A stretch of 64,000 nt of DNA from Candidatus Hydrogenedentota bacterium (GTDB lineage: Bacteria > Hydrogenedentota > Hydrogenedentia > Hydrogenedentales > JAEUWI01). Location: positions 26,010-90,009 of the forward strand of contig JAXMOL010000029.1 of the NCBI GenBank assembly GCA_034669905.1. Direction: 5' to 3'. Under the pieces are notes generated by a model. It ran no database searches, was not told the origin of the DNA, and was given only the letters and a program-made list of their open reading frames with translations. The translations under genes were made by a program, and so were the position numbers. This document shows, piece by piece, positions 31,030 to 41,420 of the stretch (the stretch's first letter is position 1; each line of letters opens with the position of its first letter).

Positions 31030-33267
31030 ATGAAAACGGTACGAACGACTGATATTTCTGAGTTGGTGACAAGTGTAAACAATGTTCCGCGATGCACAAC
31101 GGCGATTGGTTCTCGTTATCGAACACGATACTCCCTGCCGGGCCTTCTCTTGTGCATGATGGGCGTCACCCTTTCTGTCGCGGAGGCCCAATCCCGACCG
31201 GTTGTGCGAGACCATGCCGGCCGCGTCATCAGCCCAAACGATGTTCCACGTCGCGTGGAAGACGCGGTGCCGGACAACACGGAAAAAGCACCCACTCCGG
31301 CAGCGAGTGACGCCGGCCAGGTGGCCGATACAGCGAGCTCACCAGAGGACCCACCTTTCCTGCAGTTCGATGAATTCCGAAGTATCGACGGCTACAACAA
31401 CAACATCGAGAATCCCGAATGGGGTCAGGCGGGATTGCCCTTTATGCGGCTGAGCACGCCGGCCTATGCCGACGGTGCGAGTACGCCTTCTGGCGAAGCG
31501 CGCCCGAATGTGCGGGAAATCAGCAATATCGTGGTTGATCAGTCCACATCCATTCTGAGCGCGGATTCTATTTCCGACTTCGTGTGGCAATGGGGCCAGT
31601 TTATCGATCACGATATCGACTTGACGCCCACTTCCGAGCCGACCGATCCATTCGATATTGCCGTTCCCCCGGGCGATCCCTACTTTGATCCCGATTCCAC
31701 CGGTACGCAGACGATTCCCCTGAACCGATCGCTGCCGCTGTTTGTGAACGGTGTGCGGGAACAGATCAATCTCCTGACGTCGTACATTGATGCATCGAAC
31801 GTATATGGTTCGGACGAAGCGCACGCGCTGCGCCTGCGAACGCTGGACGGCACGGGGCGTCTTAAGTCGAGCGATGGGGATTTATTGCCGCTGAATCTCG
31901 AAGGCGACCCGAACGTGCCCGAGGAAGGATTCGCCCAGTTTTACGCGGGAGACGAACGTGCGAATGAGCAGGTCGGACTTACTGTGATGCACACGCTGTT
32001 CATGCGTGAGCATAACTATTGGGCCGATCGTATTCGCGAGGCCGTACCGGAACTGTATGGTGAGGGCATTTACCAGCGGGCGCGCGCCATGGTGGCTGCG
32101 GAAATCCAGTGCATCACGTACAACGAGTTTCTCCCGATACTCTTGGGCGAAGACGCCTTCGAGGCGTATGAAGGCTACCAGCCCGAATTGAATGCGACGA
32201 TCAGCAACGAGTTTGCTGTGGCGGCCTACCGGATCGGGCACACGATGCTGTCTCCCCAGTTGATCCGCCTGGATGCCGAACTGAGCCCCATCGACGCCGG
32301 CCCCTTGCCGCTCCGAAACGCGTTCTTCAACCCCGCCGAGGTGATTGACTACGGTATTGAGCCATACCTCCGGGGACTGGCCAGTCAGACCGCCCAGGAG
32401 ATCGACAATTACGTCGTCGACGATGTGCGGAATTTCTTGTTCGGCGCGCCGGGTGAGGGGGGCTTTGACCTTCCTTCCCTCAATCTTCAGCGCGGACGAG
32501 ATCACGGCTTGCCGAGTTACAACGACGTGCGTGCGGTCTACGGGTTGCCGGCCATCTCGGATTTTGACGACGTGTCTTCGGACCCGGATGTCCAGGCGCG
32601 GTTGCAAGCGGCGTATGGCACCGTGGACGACATGGACCTTTGGGTCGTTGGTCTGAGCGAAGAGCATGTGCCAGGCGCGCTCGTGGGGGAGACGGTCTGG
32701 ACGATTCTTCAGGATCAATTCAGTGCCTTGCGCGACGGCGATCGGTTCTGGTACCAGCGTTACTTGCCGAGTGCGTTACAGCGTGAAGTAGAGCGCCGCG
32801 ACCTGTTGACTATTATTCGGCAGAACACGGACATTGGGGCCGAGATCTCAGGGAATATTTTTCTCGTCGACGAGGCAAAAGGCAGCGGTACACTGAGCGT
32901 GCGACTCGTCCCTTCCGCGGCCGTGAACGGTGGTGCGATGTGGCGTGTAGATGGGGGTGCCTGGAATGAATCGGGCGCCGAATTGAACGACCTGGACGCC
33001 GGTGTGTACACCGTGGAATTTTCGGATGTTGCAGGTTTCGTTACGCCGTCGAATGAAACAGTCACCATCGGCGTCGGTGAGAAATCTACCATGACAAAAA
33101 CGTACCTGCCGTTACAGCCGCCCGCGGGATGCAATGGCGGTACGATTAACAGTGCTTCGATGATGCCGCTGGCGGAGTTTCTGATGCTGTTTGCCGTCGT
33201 GGCGCTATTCGTGCTTACCGGTGAGCTGAGCAGGAAACGGGACCTTGCGGAGGAAGGCCATCGATGA
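31030..33267 (+). CDS. peroxidase-cyclooxygenase superfamily (animal-type) heme peroxidase with C-terminal membrane anchor
   Basis: WGQFIDHD, LTSYIDASNVYG, GDERANEQ, REHN, YRIGH, QRGRDHG, LRDGDRFWY; start uncertain (30994-31030). Confidence 0.92.
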   Translation: MKTVRTTDISELVTSVNNVPRCTTAIGSRYRTRYSLPGLLLCMMGVTLSVAEAQSRPVVRDHAGRVISPNDVPRRVEDAVPDNTEKAPTPAASDAGQVADTASSPEDPPFLQFDEFRSIDGYNNNIENPEWGQAGLPFMRLSTPAYADGASTPSGEARPNVREISNIVVDQSTSILSADSISDFVWQWGQFIDHDIDLTPTSEPTDPFDIAVPPGDPYFDPDSTGTQTIPLNRSLPLFVNGVREQINLLTSYIDASNVYGSDEAHALRLRTLDGTGRLKSSDGDLLPLNLEGDPNVPEEGFAQFYAGDERANEQVGLTVMHTLFMREHNYWADRIREAVPELYGEGIYQRARAMVAAEIQCITYNEFLPILLGEDAFEAYEGYQPELNATISNEFAVAAYRIGHTMLSPQLIRLDAELSPIDAGPLPLRNAFFNPAEVIDYGIEPYLRGLASQTAQEIDNYVVDDVRNFLFGAPGEGGFDLPSLNLQRGRDHGLPSYNDVRAVYGLPAISDFDDVSSDPDVQARLQAAYGTVDDMDLWVVGLSEEHVPGALVGETVWTILQDQFSALRDGDRFWYQRYLPSALQREVERRDLLTIIRQNTDIGAEISGNIFLVDEAKGSGTLSVRLVPSAAVNGGAMWRVDGGAWNESGAELNDLDAGVYTVEFSDVAGFVTPSNETVTIGVGEKSTMTKTYLPLQPPAGCNGGTINSASMMPLAEFLMLFAVVALFVLTGELSRKRDLAEEGHR

Positions 33268-33487
33268 TGACTTCCCGGTCTTGACCACGAGACCCAAGTG
33301 GTGCAGGATACAGGAAGCCCGCAGTGATATCGGAGTGTGTATCGGGTGAGTGTCGTCGTAGAGATATGCGACGCTCACCCGCTTTCGTACGCCAAACGGT
33401 GGCATCCTATCCCATTGGACTGTTCTCCGCCGAGAATTCCCCAGCGAGAAGCCGCAGAATCCGTAACCTGTTAAAGGGAACGAATCA

Positions 33488-34468
33488 ATGAAGGATACGA
33501 AAATGCCAAGATGCTTTGCCGCGATAGCCGTTGCGGGGCTCGCGCTGTTCAATCTGTCGTGCTTTGTGGACGAGGCGACCAAGCGGGCGGCGGAGGAGGC
33601 CAGGAGTCATGTCGTGCCTGTGGACCCGTCGCATTTTGTGCCCGAGGCGCTGCTCGGCGAGATCGTGAAAGAGGAACGCAGCCTGTCGAATGGCACGAAC
33701 GCCTTGTGCTATGTGATCCGCAGCTACTCCGAACCCCATGAACACGAGATGGGCCCCTGGTCACCCAAGACGATCACCGACGACGCCGGTGCGGGGGGTA
33801 TCTGGTTCCGCGACGGTCAGGTGTATGACGTCGATGGTCCGTTCGTCAAGAACCTGGCCGAGTTCTATGATGATCCGGCGTGGAAACTCTATCGCGACGA
33901 CGGGACGGTGCGGGTTACCGATACGAAGGAAGCTTTCGAAGCGGCGGCCCGGCCCGATGTCGATCCGCGGTACCACAATCATGTGGTGGAGGGTCGGCCG
34001 GAATGGGTCGGTCGCCGTGAAAATGTTTACGTGATACCGGTGGAGCCGGTGTATCAATTGCGGCCGACGCGCCTGGGTCATGGCGGGGCGGCTGTCGCAT
34101 TTAACGGGGTGAAATACGATCCCCCCGCGCCGCTCCATGCTATCCTCAAAGCCCATACCATCGCCCCTTTTGATGATGCCGGCGGTCACCTGAATCCCTT
34201 TGAAGGGTACCACTACCATGCGGCGACCGGCCAGACCAAAGAGGTTGCCCAGTCGGACGGCCATGCACCGATGATCGGGTATGCCCTGGACGGGTTTGGC
34301 CTGTATGCCCATCTGGACGAGGCAGGCCAGGCGTCCACGGATTTGGATGAGTGTGGTGGTCATTTTGACGGGGTGCGGGGGTATCACTACCACGCGGGCG
34401 CGCCTGGCAGCAACCAGGTCATCGGTGCGTTTCGTGGTACCCCCGGAACAATGACGGTCGCCCATTGA
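33488..34468 (+). CDS. YHYH domain lipoprotein
   Basis: Lipobox NLSC; GYHYH twice; IGYALDGFG, LDECGGH. Confidence 0.9.
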   Translation: MKDTKMPRCFAAIAVAGLALFNLSCFVDEATKRAAEEARSHVVPVDPSHFVPEALLGEIVKEERSLSNGTNALCYVIRSYSEPHEHEMGPWSPKTITDDAGAGGIWFRDGQVYDVDGPFVKNLAEFYDDPAWKLYRDDGTVRVTDTKEAFEAAARPDVDPRYHNHVVEGRPEWVGRRENVYVIPVEPVYQLRPTRLGHGGAAVAFNGVKYDPPAPLHAILKAHTIAPFDDAGGHLNPFEGYHYHAATGQTKEVAQSDGHAPMIGYALDGFGLYAHLDEAGQASTDLDECGGHFDGVRGYHYHAGAPGSNQVIGAFRGTPGTMTVAH

Positions 34469-34573
34469 TCCGGACTTTGTAAGCATCGCAGCGGGGGGCT
34501 CGTGCGGCGGAAGGACGTCCCCCGCGGGCCGTGGCATGAACCGATTCTGGCCCGCGGGGGCTCTGACAAGGGG

Positions 34574-35974
34574 CTAGTTGTTCAAGTAGCTTTCCGCGGC
34601 AGCCGAACGGCTGCTCGCATGGACGTTGAGTTCTGTGAGGGCCGCATAGAACGCTGCGCTGCTGTCCAGGAAGGTGTAGCCGGTTCTTTCCGCGACGGCG
34701 TAGGGGGCGATCAAGGTGGCGTAGTACGCGTAAACCTGCTGGATATAGTTCGCCTCAAAGGGGCCTTCTACGGTCTCTTGTACATACGAATCGTATTTTG
34801 CCCGATAAACCGCATCGCTATACAGATACTCAATAAGGGGCCAGGCGCCGCTTTCTATATTGGAGAAGTCCAAGGCCAGGGCTCCGCCCAGTTTTCCCTC
34901 CTGGAGTGCCTCATTGTTATCCCAGGGAATCCAGGTAAGCCGTCCGCTGTCCGGGTCGTTGTACAGGTAGTAATTCTGAGTCATTTTCCCATAGGAGTCC
35001 CAATTCTGGATGACGGTATTCACCGCCAGCCACTTGAGAAACACGTCGGTATCCAGCGCGTCCTCCAGCGCTGCACGCCAGGTCTCTGAGGCTGTCGTTC
35101 TCGCTTCACTATGTAACGCGGTGAAGAGGGTCTGAATATCGGACCAATCCGCCTCATCTTCATTGGTCTTCTTTTCGAAGTCGATCTCATTGAAGGTGCC
35201 GTCTACGAAACTCGCGCCGGCATCTTCGGGCTTGTACAAGTTGCCACTATCATCGGAGAACTGGGTATCGATGACCGTGTCATCCACCTCTTCGACGAGG
35301 GTATACAGTCCGAAATATTCGGGTCCGCTGCCATGGTCCACATAGACTTCGTAGAAGGCGGTATGGGAAACCGCCAGGCCCGCTTCCGCCAGGATATCCG
35401 ATGCCACTTTCTCTCTCAAGAAGGATTGGTCATCGTAGTTGTTTTTCAGGCTGAGCTTCTTGAACCCATAGAATCGCTGGTTGTCGATTTGCGGGTAGTC
35501 GTCTTCAAACTCATCAAAATCCAGCTTGAAGGGTAGTTTCAGTATCCCACGTTCCCAACTGCTTTGGAGACTGGAGTTTCCCTTGAAACGGACGCCCACC
35601 CGATACCATTCGATGCCGTTGTAGAAAACTTCTGCGGGCACGAAAACGGGATCGTCCGTATCGAGCAACACTCCACCAGGCCCCGAAGGGGCACCAAAAG
35701 CGCCATAGAGATTCGTCATGTCGTCCAGCATGCTCTGCCAGCGCTCAGACGAGATAACGAGGTCAAGTCGCTTGACCTGCGTGTCGTCGAAAACCTCCTC
35801 GAAATTGGGCTCCCCATCCTTACTATGGGTTTCTTCGGTCCAATCGGTCGTCTCAAAGTCCGTGTCGTCAAGGGAGATTGTAATTTCGGTGGCGATAGGA
35901 CAGCCGGTGGCCAGGGCAAGCACCGCTATCAGGGCCAGCCACGTTTTCGTGTTACGCAACGCGTTACTCCTCAT
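34574..35974 (-). CDS. CotH kinase family lipoprotein
   Basis: GGAGGG RBS; lipobox ATGC; VGVRFKGNSS, FKLDFD, YFGLYTLVE, NWDSY..NYYLY, IPWDNN. Confidence 0.9.
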   Translation of the reverse strand: MRSNALRNTKTWLALIAVLALATGCPIATEITISLDDTDFETTDWTEETHSKDGEPNFEEVFDDTQVKRLDLVISSERWQSMLDDMTNLYGAFGAPSGPGGVLLDTDDPVFVPAEVFYNGIEWYRVGVRFKGNSSLQSSWERGILKLPFKLDFDEFEDDYPQIDNQRFYGFKKLSLKNNYDDQSFLREKVASDILAEAGLAVSHTAFYEVYVDHGSGPEYFGLYTLVEEVDDTVIDTQFSDDSGNLYKPEDAGASFVDGTFNEIDFEKKTNEDEADWSDIQTLFTALHSEARTTASETWRAALEDALDTDVFLKWLAVNTVIQNWDSYGKMTQNYYLYNDPDSGRLTWIPWDNNEALQEGKLGGALALDFSNIESGAWPLIEYLYSDAVYRAKYDSYVQETVEGPFEANYIQQVYAYYATLIAPYAVAERTGYTFLDSSAAFYAALTELNVHASSRSAAAESYLNN

Positions 35975-36119
35975 GGTATATCCCTCCAGCGCCATGTTCG
36001 GCGCGCATTGGTTTGCCGTGTGTTTTCCGCGGCGACAGTGATGTGCAGACCGGATTCGTGCAGGCCGGTCACCTGCATTGCCGACGTGTGCGCGGCAGCC
36101 GGTGCACGCCGTTGCTTAA

Positions 36120-36713
36120 CTACTGCCAGGCCTGTTGTGCACCTGGAGGGGGGCCCTGGCCGCGGGGGGGACGTTGACCCTGTGGGCCCCCTTCTCCCTG
36201 TGGGCCACCGTGTCCGCCCGGCCGACGCTGGCCCCGGGGTGGGCCTTGTCCACCGGGTGGTCCATCGGGAATCTCGCTCTCGGTGAGATAGCCGTCCCCG
36301 TCTGTATCGAATTGGGAAAAGTGTTCTGCCGGGCCGTCAAACTCACTTTCGGAGATCTTCCCGTCGCCATCCTGGTCGAGTCGCGTCAGCAGGTCGGTCG
36401 CGGAGGGCGGTGGGTTCATGCCAGGTCCATTCTGAACATTTCCTTCCGGGGGAGGCGGTGGTTGGTCGCCGGCGGGTTCAATTTCGATACCCACCGGTGG
36501 CAGAGAAGGGGGCTGGCCCCGTTCGGGTCGGTCTTCCATACCACGTGTGACGGGCGGGGGAGCGTGCTGTGGACTTTGATCGGGGGACGCCTTAAGGCCC
36601 GGCGAAGCGTTCTCGTTCACTGCGGGTCCACACCCCAGGCCAACGAGGGCCAGCATTCCAGGGGCCACGACATAGGTCCAGAGACCTCGTTTCGGGTTCG
36701 CGCTTTCCGTCAT
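36120..36713 (-). CDS. EF-hand, Pro/Gly-rich lipoprotein
   Basis: GGAGG RBS; lipobox GLGC; DQDGDGKISESE and DTDGDGYLTESE loops; GPP/GQ-rich tail. Confidence 0.85.
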   Translation of the reverse strand: MTESANPKRGLWTYVVAPGMLALVGLGCGPAVNENASPGLKASPDQSPQHAPPPVTRGMEDRPERGQPPSLPPVGIEIEPAGDQPPPPPEGNVQNGPGMNPPPSATDLLTRLDQDGDGKISESEFDGPAEHFSQFDTDGDGYLTESEIPDGPPGGQGPPRGQRRPGGHGGPQGEGGPQGQRPPRGQGPPPGAQQAWQ

Positions 36714-36820
36714 GATTGTTACCTCCTTTAGGGCCTTCGGCCGGTCTGTTCAGTCAGGGGTTTTCCCAGTGCCCTGACCCAATCGTAGCAACCGCGCATG
36801 AAGGGAAACGGTCCAGAATG

Positions 36821-36836
36821 ATTACAATGTTGTAAC
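36821..36836. promoter_or_regulatory. CusR/CopR-like response-regulator box
   Basis: Perfect palindrome TTACAA-tg-TTGTAA in the divergent region between the EF-hand gene and the response regulator. Confidence 0.6.
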
Positions 36837-36883
36837 CCTGCCCATCGGGTTCCCCGCTGGGCGTGTGCTATACTCACGGGCCT

Positions 36884-37555
36884 ATGAACGTGCTTGTTGT
36901 GGAAGATGAAAAACAGGTGGCCGGACTGGTCCGCAAAGGGCTGGAAGAGCAAGGCTATCAGGTCGAGGTCTGTCATGACGGAACCGAAGCCTATGCCCTG
37001 GCCACGTCGCGGCAGTACGACGCCATCGTGCTGGATATCATGCTTCCGGGCCGGGATGGTTTGAGCATTCTCAGAAACCTGAGAAAGCAGAAGAACACGG
37101 TCCCGGTGATGCTGCTTACGGCGCGTAGCGAGCTGGATGAACGGGTGGAGGGCTTGGATCTCGGGGCGGATGACTATCTGACCAAGCCGTTCTACGTGGA
37201 AGAGTTGGTGTCTCGGGTCCACGCCCTTTTGCGCCGTACGGCGGGCGAGCAGTTGACCATCCTGCAGGTGGCCGATTTGACGGTGAACCTCATCACACGG
37301 GAGGTCAAGAGGGGCGATCTGGAAATCCGGCTGACGGCGCGCGAGTTCGGATTGCTGGAATATCTCATGCGTTCGCCGGGCCGCGTATACACCCGTACGC
37401 AAATCATTGAGCATGTGTGGGGGTATCACTTCGATCCCAGCACTAAGCTTATCGATGTCTACATTCAACGCCTGCGCAAAAAACTACGCAACGAATCCGG
37501 TGACGACCTCATCGAAACAGAGCGGGGTGTGGGCTACAAGTTTGCGAAGCCATGA
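36884..37555 (+). CDS. OmpR-family response regulator (CusR/CzcR-like)
   Basis: VLVVEDE, LDIMLPGRDG, LLTAR, GADDYLTKPF, winged helix with IETERGVGY. Confidence 0.95.
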   Translation: MNVLVVEDEKQVAGLVRKGLEEQGYQVEVCHDGTEAYALATSRQYDAIVLDIMLPGRDGLSILRNLRKQKNTVPVMLLTARSELDERVEGLDLGADDYLTKPFYVEELVSRVHALLRRTAGEQLTILQVADLTVNLITREVKRGDLEIRLTAREFGLLEYLMRSPGRVYTRTQIIEHVWGYHFDPSTKLIDVYIQRLRKKLRNESGDDLIETERGVGYKFAKP

Positions 37556-39069
37556 GACTCAGGGGATTGACACGGTTCCGGTCCTTCGGGCTACGTATCG
37601 CGGTCCTTTCCTGCTTTGTCTCCGGCGTGGCGCTGGCGTTTTTCGGAGGGCTCACCTTTGCGGCCATGCAGCGCCTCAGCCTGCGTCGCATGGATCAGCA
37701 GATCAAGGAGTTCGCTCACCGCCCCCTCGTGGAACACCAGGACTCCCTGGAGTGGGAGCGGGTTGGAAGTGCGCTCCGCTTCTTTCTGGAAGGGGACGAC
37801 GAAAACACATTCATCCTCCTGGTTAAGGGCCCCGAGGGCACGATTCAATTCCAGTCCCCGAATTGGCCATCAGACCTGCCTGCCACCGCAATTCCTGCAC
37901 CCGACGCATGGGGGGAATATCCGCCCGGCATGCCTCCCGGTACCCCGTCAATTTTTCCGCCGGACGAAAACGTTGTGAGTCAGCGCGCGGGTGGCCCCGG
38001 CCCTCCCTCGGGGCGGCAGGTGCCACCGGTCCGACTGAAGACACCCGAGTTTTCCACGCGCGGCGCTGGGGGTGCGGCGTGGCGCATCGGTTTGATGGGG
38101 ACGTCGGACGTGACGGTGGCCCTGGGGCTGAACATGGAGCGGTTGAACGCAGAAATGGTTCCGATCCGGCGCGTTTGGTTGACCGTACTCCCCATCGCCC
38201 TGTTGCTTGTGGCGCTGGGTGCGTGGTGGCTCTCGCAGCGGGCATTGAAGCCGATACAGGCCGTCACCGACACCATACAACGGGTCAAGGCCCGTGGACT
38301 TAACCAGCGTATTTCCGTTCAGGAGGGAGACCGGGAATTTTTTGAGCTTATCACCGTCTTCAACGAAATGATGGACTGGCTGGAGAAGAGTTTCCACCAG
38401 GCGACGCGATTCAGCGCGGATGCGTCCCATGAACTCAGGACCCCGTTGACGGTGCTTCAGGCGCAGTTGGAGCAGGCCGTACAGGAGGCCGCGCCCGACT
38501 CCGATGAACGGCGTCGTTATGTAGCCTTTGGGAAAGAGCTTCAGCGCCTCAAGAGCATTACCCAAAAACTCCTGCTCCTGGCGCGGATCGACGCCGGAGA
38601 GCTGAGGCTGAATCTGCGTCCGCTGGACCTGAGTGAATTGGTGGAAGGGGCCGTCGAGGACACCGAGACGCTGGCCCCCCAACTCCGCGTGGAACATAAC
38701 GTAACCCCCGACCTGTCCGTCATGGGGGATGATGTACTTATGAAGCAGGTTATCCAGAATCTCGCTTCCAATGCCGTCAAGTTTAACCGCGAGGGCGGAT
38801 TTATACGATTCGATCTGGAAGGCGACGGCGGGAACGTCCGGCTGGTGGTGACCAATTCCGGCCCGGGAATACCACCAGAGAGTTACGAGGACGTATTTAC
38901 CCGATTTTATCGCGGCGACAAGGCCCACAGCCGACGCATTGGCGGGGCAGGGCTCGGTCTGAGTCTCGCCCGCGAAATCGTCCGGGCGCACAACGGCGCG
39001 CTGCTGCTGGAAGAGAGCTCGGGCGACACCACGGCCTTCTCGGTGCAACTTCCCGGGGCAAGGGCCTAG
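37552..39069 (+). CDS. sensor histidine kinase (heavy-metal sensor type, HAMP)
   Basis: Two TM segments, HAMP, FSADASHELRTPL H-box, NAVKF, GAGLGLS; ATGA overlap with the regulator. Confidence 0.95.
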   Translation: MRLRGLTRFRSFGLRIAVLSCFVSGVALAFFGGLTFAAMQRLSLRRMDQQIKEFAHRPLVEHQDSLEWERVGSALRFFLEGDDENTFILLVKGPEGTIQFQSPNWPSDLPATAIPAPDAWGEYPPGMPPGTPSIFPPDENVVSQRAGGPGPPSGRQVPPVRLKTPEFSTRGAGGAAWRIGLMGTSDVTVALGLNMERLNAEMVPIRRVWLTVLPIALLLVALGAWWLSQRALKPIQAVTDTIQRVKARGLNQRISVQEGDREFFELITVFNEMMDWLEKSFHQATRFSADASHELRTPLTVLQAQLEQAVQEAAPDSDERRRYVAFGKELQRLKSITQKLLLLARIDAGELRLNLRPLDLSELVEGAVEDTETLAPQLRVEHNVTPDLSVMGDDVLMKQVIQNLASNAVKFNREGGFIRFDLEGDGGNVRLVVTNSGPGIPPESYEDVFTRFYRGDKAHSRRIGGAGLGLSLAREIVRAHNGALLLEESSGDTTAFSVQLPGARA

Positions 39070-39235
39070 TCGGGCCGTCTCCGCTACGGCGGACCCACCC
39101 ATTCAAACCTGCGCCATCCTTTTGCGGCTTTGCGACCCCACCAACGTTAGTGCAGCCTGCTGGTCCGCCCTGCCCGGCCGATGCCCGTGATTTCGCACCC
39201 CGCCCCCATGTCGTCCGGGAGCCCTGCAGGCCTTC

Positions 39236-39252
39236 GTAACAGAACTGTAATC
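39236..39252. promoter_or_regulatory. CopR-like box upstream of the STAS-efflux operon
   Basis: GTAACAGAACTGTAATC, an imperfect palindrome of the same geometry as 36821; TGn-TACGCT lies ~30 bp downstream. Confidence 0.5.
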
Positions 39253-39358
39253 ATTCCTTCCCCCTTCCAGTTATTTTCTCCTGCTACGCTTCCTGTGTCA
39301 TCAAGAGTGGGAGACCGCGCGACGAAACGGGGTGGTCTCCACGAAGGAGGAATGCGCC

Positions 39359-39697
39359 ATGAACGCACAACCGATAGTGGAATTTGGAGCGGGTACGAAA
39401 GACGTGCTTGCAACGGTGACCATGGAAAATATTGCCGAGGACAACGCCATTCGCGCGTTTCAGCGGGCACTTGGCGACTACGTGGTGACCCATCCGGGGA
39501 CCACCCTTCACCTGGATCTATCCCATGTGCATTTGTTCTCGTGTGCCGTGTTGACCGACTTGATTGGGATTCAAAAGGAACTTAATCAACGTAAAGGCGC
39601 ACTGCGGCTCCGGGGGGTTCACGGTAATGTTCGGGATATCATGAAGCTGACAGGGATGGATAAGGAATTCACCCTGGAGCACCGGCATGCGCGCTAG
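39359..39697 (+). CDS. STAS domain protein (anti-sigma antagonist-like)
   Basis: AAGGAGG RBS; LDLSHVHLFS..L, LRLRGV..NVRDIMKLTGMD. Confidence 0.8.
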   Translation: MNAQPIVEFGAGTKDVLATVTMENIAEDNAIRAFQRALGDYVVTHPGTTLHLDLSHVHLFSCAVLTDLIGIQKELNQRKGALRLRGVHGNVRDIMKLTGMDKEFTLEHRHAR

Positions 39698-41420
39698 CTA
39701 CGACGTGAATTCCGCGGTCTCGCTGTCCCGGCGTTGGGCCCTCATACTCCTCTTGATGGGGAGCTTCGCGGGTTGTGCGACCTACGAAGCCCAGTGGACT
39801 CCGGAAAACACCCAGCCACCTCCATCTCTTCCGGAAGCGCTGGTGGACCCGACGTCCTTTGTGCCGCCGCCGGTGGCGGAAGTCGACGATGAAGTCTATG
39901 GGGACTTAAGTCTGGACCACGCCCTGCGCACGGCCTTCGAACGAAACCGTAGCCTCGCGGTCCGGCAGTATTCACCTGACATTACGCGTCAGGCGATTGC
40001 GGAGGCCCAGGCGAGTTTCGATCCCAACATCACCGCGACAGTGGAATACCACGAGCAGGCCCGTCCTGGCACGTCATCCAGCGCTGTGGCTACCCAAGTG
40101 GGCACGACGGGCGATGAATCACTGGATGAAGCCATTGCGGCCATCAGTGGGCTGGCGGAAACTACCCGAACGATCCGGGCGCTGGTCTCGGGGGTCGAGA
40201 CGACGGTGACAACGTCGGATGGACTTGGTGCCTCGGTAACGACGAGCCAGACGGCGTCGACGGGCACGACGTTTGCCCTGACCGGTGACTACCTTCGCAG
40301 CGGTGGCGATGATCTTGACAGCGAATACACGGGCACGTGGGATCTCCGTGTCACGCAGTCGCTGCTCCGGGGGTTTGGGCCGGATGTAAATCTGGTGTCC
40401 GTGCGCCAGGCACGAAATGATGCGGCCATCAGCGAGCAGGCCTTCCGCGACTATGCGCTCACACTCGCGGAATCGGTAGAACTTGCCTATTGGGAGCTGG
40501 CGCTGGCCCAGGAAACGTTGCGCATCCGTGAGTTTTCACAAGCGCTGGCCGCCGAACAGCTCAAGCTCAACGAAGCGCTCATCGCTGTGGGCAAACTGTC
40601 CGGCAGTGACCGGGTCTCCGCCGAGGCCGAGCTTGCCGCCCAGGAAGCGGCCCTGGTGAATGCAAAGGCGGACCTTCAGGAGCGGGCCATCGAACTGTGG
40701 CAATGGATGAATCCCGAAAGCCAGACGCCCTCGGAAATCCGAATGAGCCCGGTGCCGTTGCCGGACATCCCTGAAATTCCCTTTGCCGTGGAAGGTTCCC
40801 TGGCGCTCGGGATGCAATTTCGGCCCGACCTTGCCCAGGCCCATCTCGATGTGGAGAACGGAACCCTGTCGGTGGTCGCCACGAGGAACGGTCTCCTGCC
40901 CCGGCTGGATGCGTTCGTATCCTATGGCACCTACAGCAGCGGGAGTACGTCGGGTGCGTGGAACGACGGGTTGAGCGATTCGACCTACGACCAGTTCTCC
41001 GCAGGACTGACCTTCAGCATGGCGCTGGGAAATCGCGCGGAGAAGGCACGCTACCGCCGGGCGTTGTTCCAGGCGGATCAGGCGCGTGCGGCGGTGCACA
41101 ACCTGGAGCAGCAAGTGGAAACGGATATACGAAAAGCGGTCGTTGAGTTGGAGCGGCAGCAGGCCCAAATCACGGCATCCCAGCAGGAGCTGGCCATGCG
41201 CGAAAAGGAACTGGAAGTGGAGACAGAACAATTTCGGCTGGGACGGTCGACCAACCTGGATGTGATGCAGGTGCGCCGTGAGCTGGTACAGGCAAAGGTG
41301 AGCGAAGCGACGGCGCGGGTGCGCTATTTGCAGGGCGTGGCCACGCTCTATGCCACGGAAGGTACCCTGTTGACCCGGCGCGGTATCACGGTGGAAAGCG
41401 GCGAGGAATGGAACACATGA
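39687..41420 (+). CDS. TolC family outer membrane efflux lipoprotein
   Basis: Lipobox FAGC; LSLDHALRTA, QSLLRGFG, RPDL, LLPRLD, GRSTNLDV. Confidence 0.9.
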   Translation: MRASYDVNSAVSLSRRWALILLLMGSFAGCATYEAQWTPENTQPPPSLPEALVDPTSFVPPPVAEVDDEVYGDLSLDHALRTAFERNRSLAVRQYSPDITRQAIAEAQASFDPNITATVEYHEQARPGTSSSAVATQVGTTGDESLDEAIAAISGLAETTRTIRALVSGVETTVTTSDGLGASVTTSQTASTGTTFALTGDYLRSGGDDLDSEYTGTWDLRVTQSLLRGFGPDVNLVSVRQARNDAAISEQAFRDYALTLAESVELAYWELALAQETLRIREFSQALAAEQLKLNEALIAVGKLSGSDRVSAEAELAAQEAALVNAKADLQERAIELWQWMNPESQTPSEIRMSPVPLPDIPEIPFAVEGSLALGMQFRPDLAQAHLDVENGTLSVVATRNGLLPRLDAFVSYGTYSSGSTSGAWNDGLSDSTYDQFSAGLTFSMALGNRAEKARYRRALFQADQARAAVHNLEQQVETDIRKAVVELERQQAQITASQQELAMREKELEVETEQFRLGRSTNLDVMQVRRELVQAKVSEATARVRYLQGVATLYATEGTLLTRRGITVESGEEWNT

